The notes beneath the pieces were generated by a model that saw nothing but the letters and a program-made list of their open reading frames with translations, made no database searches and was not told the origin of the DNA. Positions 11,270-23,300 of a stretch of DNA of 34,856 nt are shown piece after piece (position 1 is the stretch's first letter; the number at the start of each line of letters is the position of its first letter). The position numbers and the translations under genes are program-made. Origin of the DNA: Chiloscyllium plagiosum (Eukaryota); contig NC_057755.1 in NCBI RefSeq assembly GCF_004010195.1, positions 2,477,474-2,512,329 on the forward strand, read 5' to 3'.

Positions 11270-12630
11270 TTCATCAGACTCCCCATATCTAAACCAATCC
11301 CATCTAAAACACCAGAGCAGTTAGAGAATGGTTAGTATAAGAGTAAAGCTCTCTCTATACTGTAACTTCTCAAATGCCCAGCCCAGTGTAGGGTTAGATA
11401 CTGATTGAGTAATCCTCTTTCCCCATTCTATCCCCATCAAATAAACTCAGGGCAGCTCTATCACTGGGTTAGATACAGATTACGGGTCCTTTTATACTTC
11501 CTCCATCTGAATCTCCCAGACTCTGGCAGAATGGGATTGCGTACAGAGTAAAGGTCCCTTGAGACTCTCCCAATCGATCAGTCCCAGGACATGGACAGCA
11601 TGGGATTAGGTAGAGTTAATCTCCCTCCACACTGTCCCCATCCAGAACTCCCAGACAGGGACAGCACATGGTTAGATACATAGTTAAAACCCCTCTACAC
11701 TGTTCCCATCCAAAACTTCCAGGACAGGTACAACATGGGGCTGGATGCAGAGTAAAACTTCCTCAATACTATTCCTGACATCCACTCCCAGGATAGCAAC
11801 TTTATGGGATTAGGTATAAAGTTAGGCAGCGTTGGAGACAGTGCGGACTGTACCTTGGAATTACAAAGGGATGTTGATAGACTGAGTTAAGGGGAAAATC
11901 TCTGTCAGTGCAAGTAAGCGTGTGGAATACAAAGAAGGAGCACAAAGGAGGTTTACAAAAATGATCCTAGACTTCAGAGGTTACATTCTGGGTAGAGATT
12001 ATACAAAGGAGGCCTGTTTCCTCTAGAATCTAATCAAAGCCTTCAAGATATAAACAGGGTGAGAGAGGCTAGATCAAGATAAATGATTCCTGCTGGTTGC
12101 AGATTTGAGAACAAGAGGGAACAAAGTCGAGAATTCGGGCACAGAGCATTCAGGAGAGATGTTAGGAAGCGTTACACAAAGGATATGAAAGGTTTGGAAC
12201 TCTCTTCCACAAACAGCAGTGGATGCTGGATCATCTGCAATGAATAAATATTTGTTCAGTGAAGGTATTGAGGGAATGGGCCAAAGGAAGGAATATGGGG
12301 TTAGGCCACAGATCAGCCATCATCCGATTGAATGATGGGAAGGTATTGAGGGGCCGAATGGTCTAATCCTGTTCCAATGCTACAAAATAAAGATCCTGCT
12401 ACACTATCCACATCAAACACTCTCAGGAAAGGGACAGAATGGGGTGAGATGCACAATAAAGTTTCTTTTCCTGTATCCCCATCAACCACCCCCAGGAAGG
12501 GACACCAAAGGGTTAGATACAGAGTGAAGCTCCCTCAATGATATCCAAATCAAAAATTTAAAGAGGCAGATATAGTCTGACAAGAGATACCAATTTAAAC
12601 TGACTCTCTTCTCTCCCCATCTTACACACA
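11270..12630. repeat. ~69-bp degenerate tandem repeat (about ACACTGTCCCCATCAAACACTCCCAGGACAGGGACAGCACGGGGTTAGATACAGAGTAAAGCTCCCTCT), interrupted by a LINE at about 11825-12380
   Basis: Recurring ccccatc..actcccagg.cagg.acagca..ggttagatacagagtaaa blocks at 11280-11820 and 12385-12630. Confidence 0.8.
11825..12380 (+). mobile_element. Old CR1-type LINE 3' fragment
   Basis: ttacaaagggatgttgatagactg (LQRDVDRL), caaaggaggtttacaaaaatgatcc (QRRFTKMI), and tail gatcagccat..tgaatg..gaggggccgaatggtct. Confidence 0.7.
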
Positions 12631-12954
12631 GACACAACAAGAATGGAACTACTGCACAAATTCAACACCAAGGTCTTTATTTGATTCTCTCTGTTCTGTT
12701 CTGATTCCGTTAGATTGCTGGTTCTGAACATCCCCATGGACAGTTGCTCTAATCCCATGTGCCATATCCTGCTCTCAAACACAGCATCTGATTCCAATCT
12801 GGAGTGTGAGACAGGAGCCTCTCAGACTTGAGCCTGACCCAGGTGGGTGAATATCCTGTGTTCATCTGACACCCAGGAATTGTGTAGTGGAGCTTTAATA
12901 TTTGACAATTCCAACATTATTTTGCCATTCCCTGTCCCTGTGCAACTGTGTGAC

Positions 12955-13115
12955 CGAGTGTGTATGTGTGTGCCCGTGTGAGTGAGTGTTTGTGTGTGTG
13001 TGTGTGAGAGAGAGAGGGATTGTGTGTGCGTGCACATATCTATGTGTGTGGGAGAGAGAGTGAGTGTGTGTGTGTGAGAGAGTGTGTGCACCTGTGTGTA
13101 TGTGCGTGTGCATGT
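12955..13115. repeat. Compound (TG)n/(GA)n microsatellite
   Basis: Seen directly. Confidence 0.95.
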
Positions 13116-13512
13116 CTGTCAGTCTATCTGCCTGTTGCCAGTGCTCTGCAATATTGAGTCAAGTCCTCCTTCACTCCACGACGTAGGTATTCAACATTAT
13201 TTTCCGCATCCTTGTTCACTAATCACAGTAACCTAATGTGCTTGTGTCACCAAGTATGAGACTTGTTTGCCAATTATTTCCAGGGCATGGGACTACAGAA
13301 GTGAGGAAGTTGCAGCGAGTGACATTTTTTAATTCCAAAACTAGACTTCATTCATAACAATACTTTGATACCTATACAATTGGTTATCCCATTCAAATGT
13401 CTTCATTGTATTTTTTAACGTACAGAGATCAGGCTTAATCATTCATATATATAAGTCTGTGTGTTAACCATCCTGGTGTTTAGCTGAGGCGTGAACAATT
13501 ATTTGTTCCTTT

Positions 13513-13826
13513 TTAGATTATTTTACAGTGTGGAAACAGGCCCTTCGGCCCAACAAGTCCACACCTACCCGCCGAAGCGCACCCACCCAGACCCATTCCC
13601 CTACATTTACCCCTGCACCTAACACTACAGGCAATTTAGCGTGGCCAATCCACCTAATCTGCACATTTTTGGAGTGTGGGAGGAAACCGGAGCACCCGGA
13701 GGAAACCCACGCTGACACGGGGAGAATGTGCAAACTCCACACAGTCAGTCGCCTGAGGCGGGAATTGAACCCGGGTGTCTGGCGCTGTGAGGCAGCAGTG
13801 CTAACCACTGTGCCACCGTGCCGCCC
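13513..13826 (-). mobile_element. Full-length HE1-type tRNA-derived SINE
   Basis: Minus-strand head GGGCGGCACGGTGGCACAGTGGTTAGCAC with A box (13805-13815) and B box GGTTCAATTCC (13761-13771). Tail tacagtgtggaaacaggcccttcggcccaac matches the CR1 tail at 15039. Confidence 0.92.
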
Positions 13827-15021
13827 TTCTAAGACAGGCAGAACGTACACGGTGGTCTTTCCCCACCGCGCCTTGGCAGCAGCTGCCCCAAGCTTCAGTG
13901 CGTCTCTCAACAAGTAGTCCTGGACCTTGGAATGTGCCAATCGGCAACAGTCAGTCGGGGTCAACTCCTTCAGCTGGAAGACCAACAAGTTTCACCAATT
14001 TGATGATCCTCCAGGCACAGTTGATGTTCGTGTCAGTGTGCGTTCCGGGGAACAGGCCGTAGAGCAGCACAGCATCCCGCATCACGCCGCAGCTTGGGAC
14101 GAACCTCGACAAACACCACTGCATTCCTCTCCCGACTTCTTCTGCACAGGCACATTCCAAGGAGGTGTGTGACAGTCCCGTCCCCTTCGCAACCGCTTCG
14201 AGGGAAGAATGCAGGGGTGCAGACAGTCCGGGCGTGCATGAAGGATCTCACAGGCAGAGCCCTTCTCACCACCTGCCAAGCCATGTCTTCGTGCTTGTTG
14301 GAAAGTTCTGACGATGAGACATTCTGTCAACTTACTTTGACAGTCTGCTCAGGGAACCACTCGGTAGGATCCACCCTCTCCTTTTCTCGAAGGGTCTCAA
14401 GGACACCATGTGCTGACCATTTCCGGATGGACTTGTGGTCAAGTCTGCTTTTCTTCATAAATTTCTCCACGAAGGACAGGTGATACGGAATGGTCCAACT
14501 ACTTGGAGTGTTCTGCGGCAGCGAGGCCAGGTCCACCTGTCGCAATACCGAGGACAGGTAGAACCTCAGTACGTTGTGACACTTGGTATTTGCATACTGG
14601 GGATCTACGCACAGACTGATGCAGCCACACACAAAGGTGGCCGTCAGTGTGAGGGTGGCATTGGGAGTGTTTTTTCCCCTGTCGCCCAGATCTTTATACA
14701 TGGCGTCCCTTCGGACCCAGTCCATTTTGATCTCCATATGAAGTGGAAGATGGCCCAGATGATTGCAGTGGCACACGTTCTGGGAATAGGCCAGACCTGT
14801 GCGACATATAACAACAATGACAGTACCTCACACCTGATGACCAGGTTTTCACCCACGTTGGAGAGGGACCGTTGCTCCAATCTGCCCAGTTTCTGACTCA
14901 TTTTCCTGATATGCACCTCCCAAGACTTGGCGCACATCCCAGCCCGTCCGAATTAAACATCCTGCACCTTCAGGTAGTCAGTCCTGATGGTGAAGGGGAT
15001 AGAGAATTGGTCGGCCCAGTT

Positions 15022-16757
15022 ATAGAGTCATAGAGATGTACAGCATGGAAGCAGTCCCTTCGGTCCAACCTGTCCACACCAACCAGATATCCAACCCAAT
15101 CTAGTCTCACCTGCCAGCATCCGGCCCATATCGCTCCAAAACCTTCCTATTCATGTACCAATCCAAATCTTAAATGTTGCAATTGTACCAGCCTCCGTCA
15201 CATCCTCTGACAGATCATTCCATACACGTACCACCCTCTGCGTATAAAGGTTGCCACTTAGGTCTCTTTTATATCTTTCCCCTCTCACCCTAAAGCTGTG
15301 CCTTCTAGTTCTGGACTCCCCGGCCACAGGGAAAATACTTTGTCTATTTGTCCTATCCATGCCCCTCATAATTTTGTAAAACTCTATAAGGTCACCCCTC
15401 AGCCTCCGACGCTCCAGGGAAAACAGTTCCAGCCTGTTCAGCCTCTCCCTGTAGCTCAGATCCTCCAACCCTGGCAACATCCTTGTAACTCTTTTCTGAA
15501 CCCTTTCAAGTTTCACAACATGTTTCCGATAGGAAGGAGACCAGAATTGCACGCAATATTCCAATAGTGGCCTAACCAATGTCCTGTACAGCCGCAACAT
15601 GACCTCCCAACTCCTGGACTCAATACTCTGACCAATAAAGAAAAGCATACCAAACGCCTTCTTCACTATCCTATCTACCTGCAACTCCACTTTCAAGGAG
15701 CTATGAACCTGCACTCCAAGGTCTCTATGTTCAGCAACCATCCCTAGGACCTTTCCATTAAGAATATAAGTCCTGCGTAGATTTGCTTTCCCAAAATGCA
15801 GCACCTCGCATTTATCTGAATTAAACTCCATCTGCCACTTCTCAGCCCAATGGCCCATCTGGTCAAGATCCTGTTGTAACCTGAGGTAACTCTCTTCCAA
15901 TTTTGGTGTCATCTGCAAACTTACTAACTGTACCTCTTATGCTCGCATCCAAATAATTTATGTAACTGACAAAAAGTAGGGGGCCTCGCACCGATCCTTG
16001 TGGCACTCCACTGGTCACAGGCCTCCAGTCTGAAAAACAACCCATTCACCACCACCCTCTGTATTCTCCCTTTGAGGCAGTTCTGTATCCAAATGGCTAG
16101 TTCTCCCTATTCCATGAGATCTAACCTTGCTATCAGTCTCCCAAGGGGAACCTTGTTGAATGCTTTACTGAAGACCATATAGATCACACCTACTGCTCTG
16201 CCCTCATCAATCTTCTTTATTACTTTTTCAAAAAACTCAATCAAGTTTGTGAGACATGATTTCCCACGCACAAAGCCATGTTGACTCTCCTGAATCAGTC
16301 CTAGCCTTTCCAAATACATGTACATCCTCAGGTCCTGGGGATTTATCCGCCTTTAATCGTTTCAATGCATCCAGCACTTCCTCCTCTGTAATCTGGACAT
16401 TTTGCAAGATGTCACCATCTATTTCCCTACAGTCTATATCTTCCATATCCTTTTCCACAGTAAATACTGATGCAAAATATTCATTTAGTATCTCCTCCAT
16501 TTTCTGTGGCTCCACACAAAGCCCGCCTTGCTGATCTTTGAGGGGCCCTATTCTTTCCCTAGTTACCCTTTTGTCCTTAATATATTTGTAAAACCCCTTT
16601 GGATTCTCCTTAATTCGATTTGCCAAAGCTATCTCATATTCCTGTTTTTCCCTCCTGATTTCCCTGTTAAGCTTACTCCTACTTTCTTTATACTCTTCTC
16701 AGAATTCACTGGATTTATCCTGTGTATACCTTACATATGCTTCCTTCTTTTTTTCTT
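15022..16757 (-). mobile_element. CR1/HER1-type LINE, 5'-truncated, relatively young, with internal deletions
   Basis: 255-aa open stretch 15151-15918 of C-terminal ORF2; RPVTSGVPQGSVRGPLLF, KFADDTK, QHGFVRGKSCLTNLIEFF; (atagag) tail at 15022. Confidence 0.95.
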
Positions 16758-17005
16758 GAAGAGGATGGCCTCACTCATGTTTCGGTTTACCCTGACCCCT
16801 GAGGCCTGTTTGAACTGGTCACAGCTGCACATGTTTCTGTGCACGATCAGCGGATCCAAGCAGAAAATGTCAGCGTCATCCATCAGCGAGTGACGAACAA
16901 GGCAAAAGGATTGATCAGTGTCGTTGGTTCATGGGATGTGGACATCACTGGCTGGGCCCATTCCCATTAGCCCTTGACAAGGTGGCAGGGAGCTGCGTTA
17001 TTGAA

Positions 17006-17304
17006 CCACTGCACTTTATCAAACTAATATTTTTGGAGAATCAGAATCTGGTAAATATTAAATTTGAGCTTTCTTTGTTTCTGCTCCCAATGTAATATTC
17101 AACTGTTTAGTTTATACTGAGTTAGGAACTGGAATCTCATCGATGGTCTCAGTGAGCTTATGCCACTGCACTTTATCAAACTAATATTTTTGGAGAATCA
17201 GAATCTGGTAAATATTAAATTTGAGCTTTCTTTGTTTCTGCTCCCAATGTAATATTCACTGAGTTAGGGACTGGAATCTCATCGATGGTCTCAGTGAGCT
17301 TATG
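17006..17304. repeat. Near-perfect tandem duplication (157 bp + 142 bp)
   Basis: 17006-17162 is repeated at 17163-17304, lacking the 15-mer aactgtttagtttat and with about one substitution. Confidence 0.95.
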
Positions 17305-17309
17305 CATTG

Positions 17310-19880
17310 TAGACAATAGACAATAGACAATAGTTGCAGGAGTAGGCCATTCTGTCCTTCAAGCCTGCACAACTATTCAATGTGATCATGGCTGATCATC
17401 CTTAACCAGTATGCGGTTCCTGTCTTATCTCCATAACCCTTGATTCCACTATCCTTGAGAGCTCTATCCAACTCTTTCTTAAATTATTCCAGAGACTGGG
17501 CCTTCACTGCCTTCTGGGGCAGAGCATTCCACACAGTCAGCACTCTCTGGGTGAAGAAGTTTCTCCTCATCTCTATCCTAAATGGTCTATCCCGTATTTT
17601 TAAGCTGCGTCCTCTGGTTCGGCACTTACCCATCAGCGGAAACATGTTTCCTGCCTCCAGAGTGTCCAATTCTTTAATAATCTTATATGTCTCAATCAGA
17701 TTCTCACTCAGTCTTCTAAACTCAAGGGTATACAAGCCCAGTCGCTCCAGTCTTTCAGCGTAAGGTAATCCCGCCATTCCAGGAATTGATCTTGTGAACC
17801 TACGCTGCACTCCCTCAATAGCCAGAATGTCTTTCATCAAATTTGGAGGCCAGAACTGCACATAATACTCCAGGTGTGGTGTCACCAGGGCCCTGTACAG
17901 CTGCAGAAGAACCTCTTTGCTTCTATGCTCAATCACTCTTGTTATGAAGGCCAGCATGCTATTAGCCTTCTTCACTACTTGCTGTGCCTGCATGCTTACC
18001 TTCATTGACTGGTGTACAAGAACACCCAGATCTCTTTGTCCTGCCCATTTCTCAAATTGATTCCATTTAAGTAGTAATCTGCCTTCTTGTTCTTGCCACC
18101 AAAGTGGATAACCATGCATTTATCCACATTAAACTGCATCTGCCATGCATCTGACCACTCAACTCACCTGTCCAGGTCACCCTGTAATCTCCTAACATAC
18201 TCCTCAAATTTCACCCTGCCACCCAGCTTAGTATTATCAACAAATTTGCTAATGTTATTGCTAATACCATCTTGTATATCCTTAACATATATTGTAAAAG
18301 GCTGCAGTCCTAGTACTGATCCTGCGTTACCCCACTGGCCACTGCCTGGCATTCCAAAATTGAGCCGTTTATCATTACCCTTTGTTTCCTATCCGCCAAC
18401 CAACTTTCAATCCAAGTAAGTACTTTGCCCCCAATACCATGCGCCCTAATTTTGCTGACTAACTTTCTATGTGGGACTTTATCAAAAGCTTTCTGAAAGT
18501 CCAGGTACACTACATCTCCTGGATCTCCCTCGTCCATCTTCAGTGTTACATCCTCAAAAAATTACAGAAGATCAGTCAAGCATGATTTCCCCTTCATAAA
18601 TCCATGCTGACTCTGACCTNNNNNNNNNNNNNNNNNNNNNNNNNNNNNNNNNNNNNNNNNNNNNNNNNNNNNNNNNNNNNNNNNNNNNNNNNNNNNNNNN
18701 NNNNNNNNNNNNNNNNNNNNNNNNNNNNNNNNNNNNNNNNNNNNNNNNNNNNNNNNNNNNNNNNNNNNNNNNNNNNNNNNNNNNNNNNNNNNNNNNNNNN
18801 NNNNNNNNNNNNNNNNNNNNNNNNNNNNNNNNNNNNNNNNNNNNNNNNNNNNNNNNNNNNNNNNNNNNNNNNNNNNNNNNNNNNNNNNNNNNNNNNNNNN
18901 NNNNNNNNNNNNNNNNNNNNNNNNNNNNNNNNNNNNNNNNNNNNNNNNNNNNNNNNNNNNNNNNNNNNNNNNNNNNNNNNNNNNNNNNNNNNNNNNNNNN
19001 NNNNNNNNNNNNNNNNNNNNNNNNNNNNNNNNNNNNNNNNNNNNNNNNNNNNNNNNNNNNNNNNNNNNNNNNNNNNNNNNNNNNNNNNNNNNNNNNNNNN
19101 NNNNNNNNNNNNNNNNNNNNNNNNNNNNNNNNNNNNNNNNNNNNNNNNNNNNNNNNNNNNNNNNNNNNNNNNNNNNNNNNNNNNNNNNNNNNNNNNNNNN
19201 NNNNNNNNNNNNNNNNNNNNNNNNNNNNNNNNNNNNNNNNNNNNNNNNNNNNNNNNNNNNNNNNNNNNNNNNNNNNNNNNNNNNNNNNNNNNNNNNNNNN
19301 NNNNNNNNNNNNNNNNATAAATTCCCTTCAGTTCAGGTCCTTCAGCCACTGTTACCTCAGGGAGATTGCTTGTGTCTTCCCCAGTGAACAAAGAGCTGAA
19401 GTACCAATTCAATTCTTCTGCCATTTCTTTGTTCCCCGTAATATATTACCCTCTTTCTTTCTGCAAGGGCCCAATTTTAGTCTGAATCAATTTTTTGCCT
19501 TTCACATACCTAAAAAAGCTTTTACTATCCTCCTTTATATTATTGGTCAGTTTACCTTCGTACCTCATTTTTTTTCTGCGTATTTCCTTCTTAGTAATCC
19601 TCTATTGTTCTTTCAAATCTTCCCAGTCCTCCGTTTTCCCACTTATCTTTGCTATGTTAAACTTTTTCTCTTTTAACTTTGTATGTTTCTTAAATTCCCT
19701 AGCCAGCCACGGCAACCCATGCCTCCTCTTAGAATGTCTTCCTTTTTGGAATGAACTGATCCTGCAACGTCTGCATTATACACAGAAATACCCGCCATTG
19801 TTCCACACTGTCATCCCTGTTAAGGTATTGCACCATTGAACTTTGGCCAGCTCCTCCCTCATAGCTCCATAGTTCCCTTT
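17310..19880 (-). mobile_element. CR1-type LINE of a second family with (agacaat)n tail; spans N-gap 18620-19316
   Basis: DVVYLDFQKAFDKVPH, SKFVDNTKLGG, QLYRALVTPHLEY and NFFTQRVLTVWNALP; tail tagacaatagacaatagacaatag. Confidence 0.93.
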
Positions 19881-19884
19881 AACA

Positions 19885-20290
19885 AACCGCAGAGTGAATT
19901 TCAGTCTGAAATCTAATTGAGGGATTGAGGATTATTATACAGAGTAACAGGTAACTGGGAATAAGTTACAGACTGGAGTATAGTGAAGGGGGGCAGTGTT
20001 GTTCACAATTGATTAACCAAATATGGGGAGTGAGAGGCAGACTAGAATCTGAGTGAGCAGTTTAGGGTGTTTACATATGGAATCACAGATGTTCAGGAGA
20101 GAGATATGGGCCAGAATTTAATAGAGAGTTTGGGACACTGGTGTTATGTATAGAATAACAGGTATATGGAGCAAATATTTATAGAATAACCGACCCAGGA
20201 GTGAGATCCAGGCTGCAATCTTATCGAAGGTTTCTAGGTAGTTTATATATTGAAGAACATATGCCCAGGAGTGAGATACTGACTGAAATT
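19885..20290. repeat. Dispersed block of the 70-bp satellite
   Basis: gagtgag..cagact.gaatct and tatagaataac motifs at about 70-bp spacing. Confidence 0.85.
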
Positions 20291-20297
20291 AGTATCT

Positions 20298-20595
20298 TTT
20301 AGAATGGATTGCAGGTTTTGGTTCATTAATATGTAACTTCCAGAGCTTCTTTTAAGTCACATTCTCGAAATAACTTGAAAAGATGAAAGATTTAACAGCC
20401 AATTCCGTTTGTTCAATGTATCATTTCGGTTGCATGACTCTGTAATCTTTTGCAAAACATCCTGCTCCACAGCGACCTGATGAAGGAGCAGCGTTCTGAA
20501 AGCTAGTGCTTCCAAATAAATCTGTTGTACTATAAACTGGGGTTGTGGAATTTTTAACCTTGTCCACCCAGTCCAACACCAGCTCCACGACATCA
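20298..20595 (+). mobile_element. Second family of hammerhead-bearing short element (probably Penelope-like), 5' ~80 bp inverted
   Basis: Homologous to 27520-27780; contains CTGATGA..GAAAGCTA followed by ttccaaataaa. Confidence 0.7.
20474..20508 (+). ncRNA. Minimal type I hammerhead-ribozyme motif (family 2)
   Basis: AC-CUGAUGA-A-GGAGC-AGC-GUUCU-GAAA-GC-UA-GU; helix II has two G-U pairs; palindromic AGCU at the helix III position. Confidence 0.6.
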
Positions 20596-20726
20596 GAGTA
20601 GATTTAGAGAAGGGATTACACAGAAGGATGAGTCAGATAAATATTTGCCTTTCTGGAAAGGTAACAGGGTAGTTCAGAGTTCTCGTGTGGCTATTCCTCT
20701 CTCAAACTGACATTCCGTTTTGAAGT

Positions 20727-21215
20727 GAATTGAATTTGAATTGAATTTATTTATTGTCACGTGTACTCAGTTTTAGTAAAAAAAAGCTTTGCCTTGTGAG
20801 TTATACAGGCAGATCACAGAGTTAAGTAGCATAGATGAGTAAATAATAGGTCAACAGCGGCCAAAAAAAAAACACAGGGACAGGCGAATGTTCAGAGTTT
20901 GTGAGTCCATTCAGTATTCAAACAACAGTAGAGTAGAAACTGTTTAGAAACCGGCTGATGCGTGTGTACCTTCTCCCTGAAATTAGAGATGGTGAAAAAC
21001 ATTGCCAGGGTGGGATGAATCTTTGAGAAGCCGAGCGGCCTTTTCTTCACAGCGGACCTGGTAGATGGATTCAACAAGTAGGAGTTCGGCTTTTGTGATT
21101 GTCCGGGCCAAATTCACCACTCTCAATAACCGTCTCCGATCCTGAGTGGGACAGTTGGATACATCCAGACAGAATGCTCTCAATGGTGCACGTATAAAGT
21201 TGGCAAGGGTATTCA
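20727..21215 (-). mobile_element. Rex1/Babar-like LINE 3' fragment
   Basis: CPTQDRRRLLRVVNLARTITKAELLLVESIYQVRCEEKAARLLKDSSHPG resembles the C-terminal motif of this clade; (gaattgaattt)n tail at 20727. Confidence 0.7.
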
Positions 21216-22136
21216 AGTCTCTCAGAGTAAAGCAGAAGTAGGAGTCAGATCTTGTGCACCAAGAATGAATCATGTTAAACAGGTTTGTCAAGATTTAAAA
21301 GAACAGTTGTTACAGGAGACTGTCCTGTCAGCGGCACAGAGAAGAGATTTAGCAGCAGTAGGCGTGAACCTAGGATGGTCTGTTGCTTTCTTGGTGCCAG
21401 GGTGAAGGACAGCTCAAAAGATTTGAAGCAGATTGTCAAAGGGGACAGTGAGAAGCCGGAAGTTGTTGTATACATTGGGAATGACATCATCAGGGGAGGA
21501 GTTAGGGCTTTGCAGAGTGAGTCTCAGTGCTTGGATAGAAGGTTAACGAAACATGACATCACATGTAGTAATTTCTGGTTTATCCCCAGTCTCAATTTCA
21601 AACGAGGGAAGAACAGGACAGATAAATCAATGGCTGAAGAGGTGGTGCAATGTGCAGGGATTCCGCTTCTATGATCATCGGGATCTCTTCTGGGACAGAA
21701 AAGGCCTGTTCAAAAAGAGAGAGTTTCACCTGAACTGGGAAGGGACATATATATTGGTGGATTCTATTTCGAGAGGCTGTAAGCAGCATGTTTTGGGGAG
21801 GGAGGAGTGTGGGGCTTTCCTATGTAACAGTCCAAATGGACAGAAAGCTGAGGATGATTCTGAATCGAAAAAAAACCCCAAGTTATTTAGAAAAGGTAGA
21901 CAACAGCAATTCAGACCCCAAAGTAACTCTGAAGAATTAAACTGCATTCATTTCTGCATAGATAAGGCTGATGGACTCAGGGTGTGTATGACATCGCCTG
22001 TTAAAGCGATGACAGAAACGTGACTGAGGCAAGGACAGGACAGGCTGCTCAATGTTCTGAGTTTTAGATGCTATAGGAAGGACAGAAAGAGAGGCAAGAG
22101 AGGAGGGAGAGGAGCAGTTTTGATTGAGGAAGAGTG

Positions 22137-22310
22137 ATGGGGAATTAATATATGGAGTAACAGGTACCAGGGAGTGAGTTACAGATTGCAGTATAGTTGA
22201 GGGGTACAGTGTGGTTCACAATTGATTAACCAGTACTGGGGAGTGAACTACAGACTGGAATCTAACTGAGGAGTTTATGGTGTTTACACATGAAATCACG
22301 GATATTCAAT
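22137..22310. repeat. About 2.5 units of the 70-bp satellite inserted within the CR1 endonuclease region
   Basis: Matches 19925-20095, including the variant gttcacaattgattaacca; CR1 sequence on both sides. Confidence 0.85.
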
Positions 22311-23300
22311 TACTACTGTTCTTACCGTAACTATTACTGAGGGATCACTTAGTGAAAATCTATGGTTTGAAATGAGAAATAAGAAAGAGATGATCACCTG
22401 GATAGGATTGGACTAGAGGCCCCCCAGTAGTCAGAGCGAAATCGAGAAGAAAATATGTTGAGATCTCAAATGTATGCAAGAATAATAGTATTGTAATAGC
22501 AGGGGATTTTAAATTTCGTAATCCGGCGCCATTTAGAAAAGTGTGGTAAGGAGAGTCCTGAGCATGCTGCTCCTGTCAGAGGGAAAGGCAAGTCTGATAA
22601 GATTAGGGAACAATGCGTGAATAAAGGTATTGAAATTCCAGGCAGGAATAAAAAAAGGATCATATGTTAGATACAAACAATTAGGATCAACTGAATCCCT
22701 TGAAGGGTATAAAGAGTACTGGAGCATTCTTAGCAAAGAAATCAGGAAGGCAAAGAGTGATATGAGATAGTCATGGCAGATAAGGTTAAGGATAATCCAA
22801 AAAGGTTCTACAAAGACATTAAGAACCAGACAACAACTCCACTCAGAGCACGACCCCTTAAAGATTAACAAGGTTATCTTTGTATTGAACATCAGGAGAT
22901 GAATATTTTGCATCAGTTTTTAATGTTGAGAAAGAAATGGAGGCTAGAGAACTCAGGGAAATAAATATTGATGATTTGAAATCAGGGATGACATGACAAA
23001 AGAGAAAGTGCTGGAGGTCTTCGAAAACATAAAGGTAGATAAATCTCTAGGACCTGAACAAGTATTTCCCAGTAAAAGGTGGGACGTTAGGGAGGAAATT
23101 GCAGGACCCCCAGCAGAAATATTTGTATCATCTATAAACACGGGTGAAATACCAGAGGACTGGAGGATGGATCATGTTGTGCCATTGTTTAAGAAGAGAT
23201 GGGCGGACAAGCCAGGGAACTATAAACCTGTGAGTCTGACTTTGGTAGTGGATAGGTTGTTGGAAGTGATTCTGAAAGATGGGATTGTATGCATTTTGAG

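Larger units (their letters stand above)
13325..16885 (-). mobile_element. Tx1/L1-clade LINE 3' portion in three pieces (13325-13512, 13827-15021, 16758-16885), split by a SINE and a CR1
   Basis: Minus strand reads MDDADIFCLDP...DQFKQASGVRVNRNMSEAILF (16885-16758), then resumes NWADQFSIPFTIRTDYLKV at 15021. It continues KLGRLEQRSLS, WAIFHFIWRSK, a zinc-knuckle-like PRSGCEGDGTVTHLL..ECACAEEV, and WGKTTV. A-rich tail at about 13325. Confidence 0.85.

Noticed and set aside
10885..11270. Unassigned sequence between the two satellites
   Set aside because: No ORF, repeat or motif that I can support.
12685..12850. Possible exon (pyrimidine tract ..ccgttag acceptor, caggtgggt donor)
   Set aside because: All three frames contain stops and no protein motif is recognisable; a non-coding exon cannot be excluded.
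13755..13826. tRNA gene
   Set aside because: The A and B boxes belong to the SINE head, which continues into SINE body and LINE-like tail.
15151..15918. Functional or domesticated reverse transcriptase gene
   Set aside because: Only a C-terminal CR1 ORF2 piece; the upstream RT is frameshifted and has deletions near 15890 and 16327.
18594..19424. ORFs spanning gaps (also 26452-27165)
   Set aside because: Made almost entirely of N-derived X residues.
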